From Sediminibacterium sp. (GTDB taxonomy: Bacteria > Bacteroidota > Bacteroidia > Chitinophagales > Chitinophagaceae): DNA of 64,000 nt. Numbering within the stretch: position 1 is the stretch's first letter; the number at the start of each line of letters is the position of its first letter. A program made the position numbers and the translations under genes. The stretch lies in the NCBI GenBank assembly GCA_965229255.1, contig CBDDIX010000005.1, positions 26,975 through 90,974 of the forward strand, read 5' to 3'. Positions 63,134 to 64,000 of the stretch are shown here, in pieces. Under the pieces are notes generated by a model. That model was not told the origin of the DNA. It worked only from the letters and a program-made list of their open reading frames with translations, and searched no databases.

Positions 63134-63904
63134 ATGAAGAAACTGGTTCTGATACTGCTGGCATTCTTTTCTTTTACGATCATGTTTGGCCAGAAGGTTT
63201 TGCCAAGGCCTGATCCTCCCCGTCTTGTGAACGATGCCGCTAATGCACTCACACCCCAGCAGGTAGCTACGCTGGAACAAAAGCTGGTAGCGCTTGACGA
63301 CAGCACATCCAATCAAATAGCCGTTGTCCTGATCAAGACATTGGGCGATTATGATATCCAGGATTATGCAACAAAATTATTTCGCGAGTGGGGTATCGGT
63401 AACAAGAAAACCAATAATGGTATCCTCATCATTGCAGCCATTGACGACAGGAAAGTGCGGATTGAAGTGGGATATGGACTGGAAGGCGCGATGCCTGATA
63501 TAACTACCGCAAGTATTATCCGTAACGAGATCACACCCCGGTTTAAAGAACAAAATTATTACCAGGGTATCAGCGATGCGATCGATGCACTATCCAAAGC
63601 AGCCGTTGGTGAATACAAAGTAAAAACAGAAAGAAAAGCCAAAAGCCGTGATGGCGGTGGTGGATCTATCCTCACATTTATTATCATCCTCATTGTGATC
63701 TTTATTATTCTCGGCCGCGGAAGAGGCGGTGGGGGAAGTCGTGGTGGTGGTATGGGCGGTCTTGCTGAAGGTTTGATTATCGGTTCACTGTTAGGTGGCG
63801 GAAGAGGTGGCGGCGGCTGGGGTGGAGGAGACAGTGGCGGCGGCGGTTTTGGTGGCTTTGGCGGCGGAAGCTCCGGCGGCGGTGGTTCAAGCGGCAGCTG
63901 GTAA
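63134..63904 (+). CDS. TPM (YgcG-like) domain protein with Gly-rich C-terminus
   Basis: VNDAANAL, FREWGIG, NGILII, RIEVGYGLEG and terminal GGGSSGGGGSSGSW. Confidence 0.92.
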   Translation: MKKLVLILLAFFSFTIMFGQKVLPRPDPPRLVNDAANALTPQQVATLEQKLVALDDSTSNQIAVVLIKTLGDYDIQDYATKLFREWGIGNKKTNNGILIIAAIDDRKVRIEVGYGLEGAMPDITTASIIRNEITPRFKEQNYYQGISDAIDALSKAAVGEYKVKTERKAKSRDGGGGSILTFIIILIVIFIILGRGRGGGGSRGGGMGGLAEGLIIGSLLGGGRGGGGWGGGDSGGGGFGGFGGGSSGGGGSSGSW

Positions 63905-63916
63905 AAATCATTACAG

Positions 63917-64000
63917 ATGAAAAAGTATTTTTTAATAACTGCTTTATTGGGAGCATTGATGACTGCAAACGCGCAATCCATCAGTGTGCCCCCAGGTAAA
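63917..64000 (+). CDS. Secreted protein, 3'-truncated by window edge
   Basis: MKKYFLITALLGALMTANAQSISVPPGK: Sec signal peptide with the Bacteroidota AQ cleavage pattern. Confidence 0.6.
   Translation, partial: MKKYFLITALLGALMTANAQSISVPPGK

Noticed and set aside
63700-63904. GGC/GGT-rich low-complexity tract
   Set aside because: It is fully explained by the normal Gly-rich C-terminus of YgcG/TPM proteins.
899-63981. Numerous 60-210 aa ORFs antisense or out-of-frame within the long genes
   Set aside because: They are shadow ORFs fully overlapping well-supported genes and lack recognisable motifs.

Overview
A 64-kb chromosomal segment, probably from a Bacteroidota bacterium. The taxon is inferred from SusC/SusD genes, TAnnTTTG -7 promoter boxes and DUF6266/DUF6629-type genes; Chitinophagaceae-like is my best guess. 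Left to right the window holds: (i) housekeeping genes (M20 amidohydrolase, maeB, mlaE, beta-CASP nuclease, galK, MutS-like ATPase); (ii) a translationally coupled UbiA prenyltransferase / type III PKS / methyltransferase / FAD oxidoreductase biosynthetic cluster; (iii) a large L-arabinose catabolism and polysaccharide-utilisation region (SSS symporter, araA/D/B, NrtR-family AraR with two candidate operators, two GH127, GH51, a heptahaem cytochrome c, SusC/SusD, GH27) interleaved with many peptidases, several predicted proline-specific, and a POT transporter; (iv) an accessory island downstream of tRNA-Glu(TTC) carrying an FRG + DUF262 two-gene operon, an AbiE type IV toxin-antitoxin pair, a 21-bp tandem array bracketed by perfect 12-bp inverted repeats, an origin-like repeat block and a DUF6266 gene; (v) gap, pgk, lemA and two TPM genes. 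The best candidates for undescribed biology are the FRG-DUF262 putative defence module, the repeat architecture upstream of DUF6266, the Bacteroidota prenyl-polyketide cluster, and a possible hydroxyproline-rich-glycoprotein utilisation super-locus. All family assignments come from motif recognition; no database search was run.
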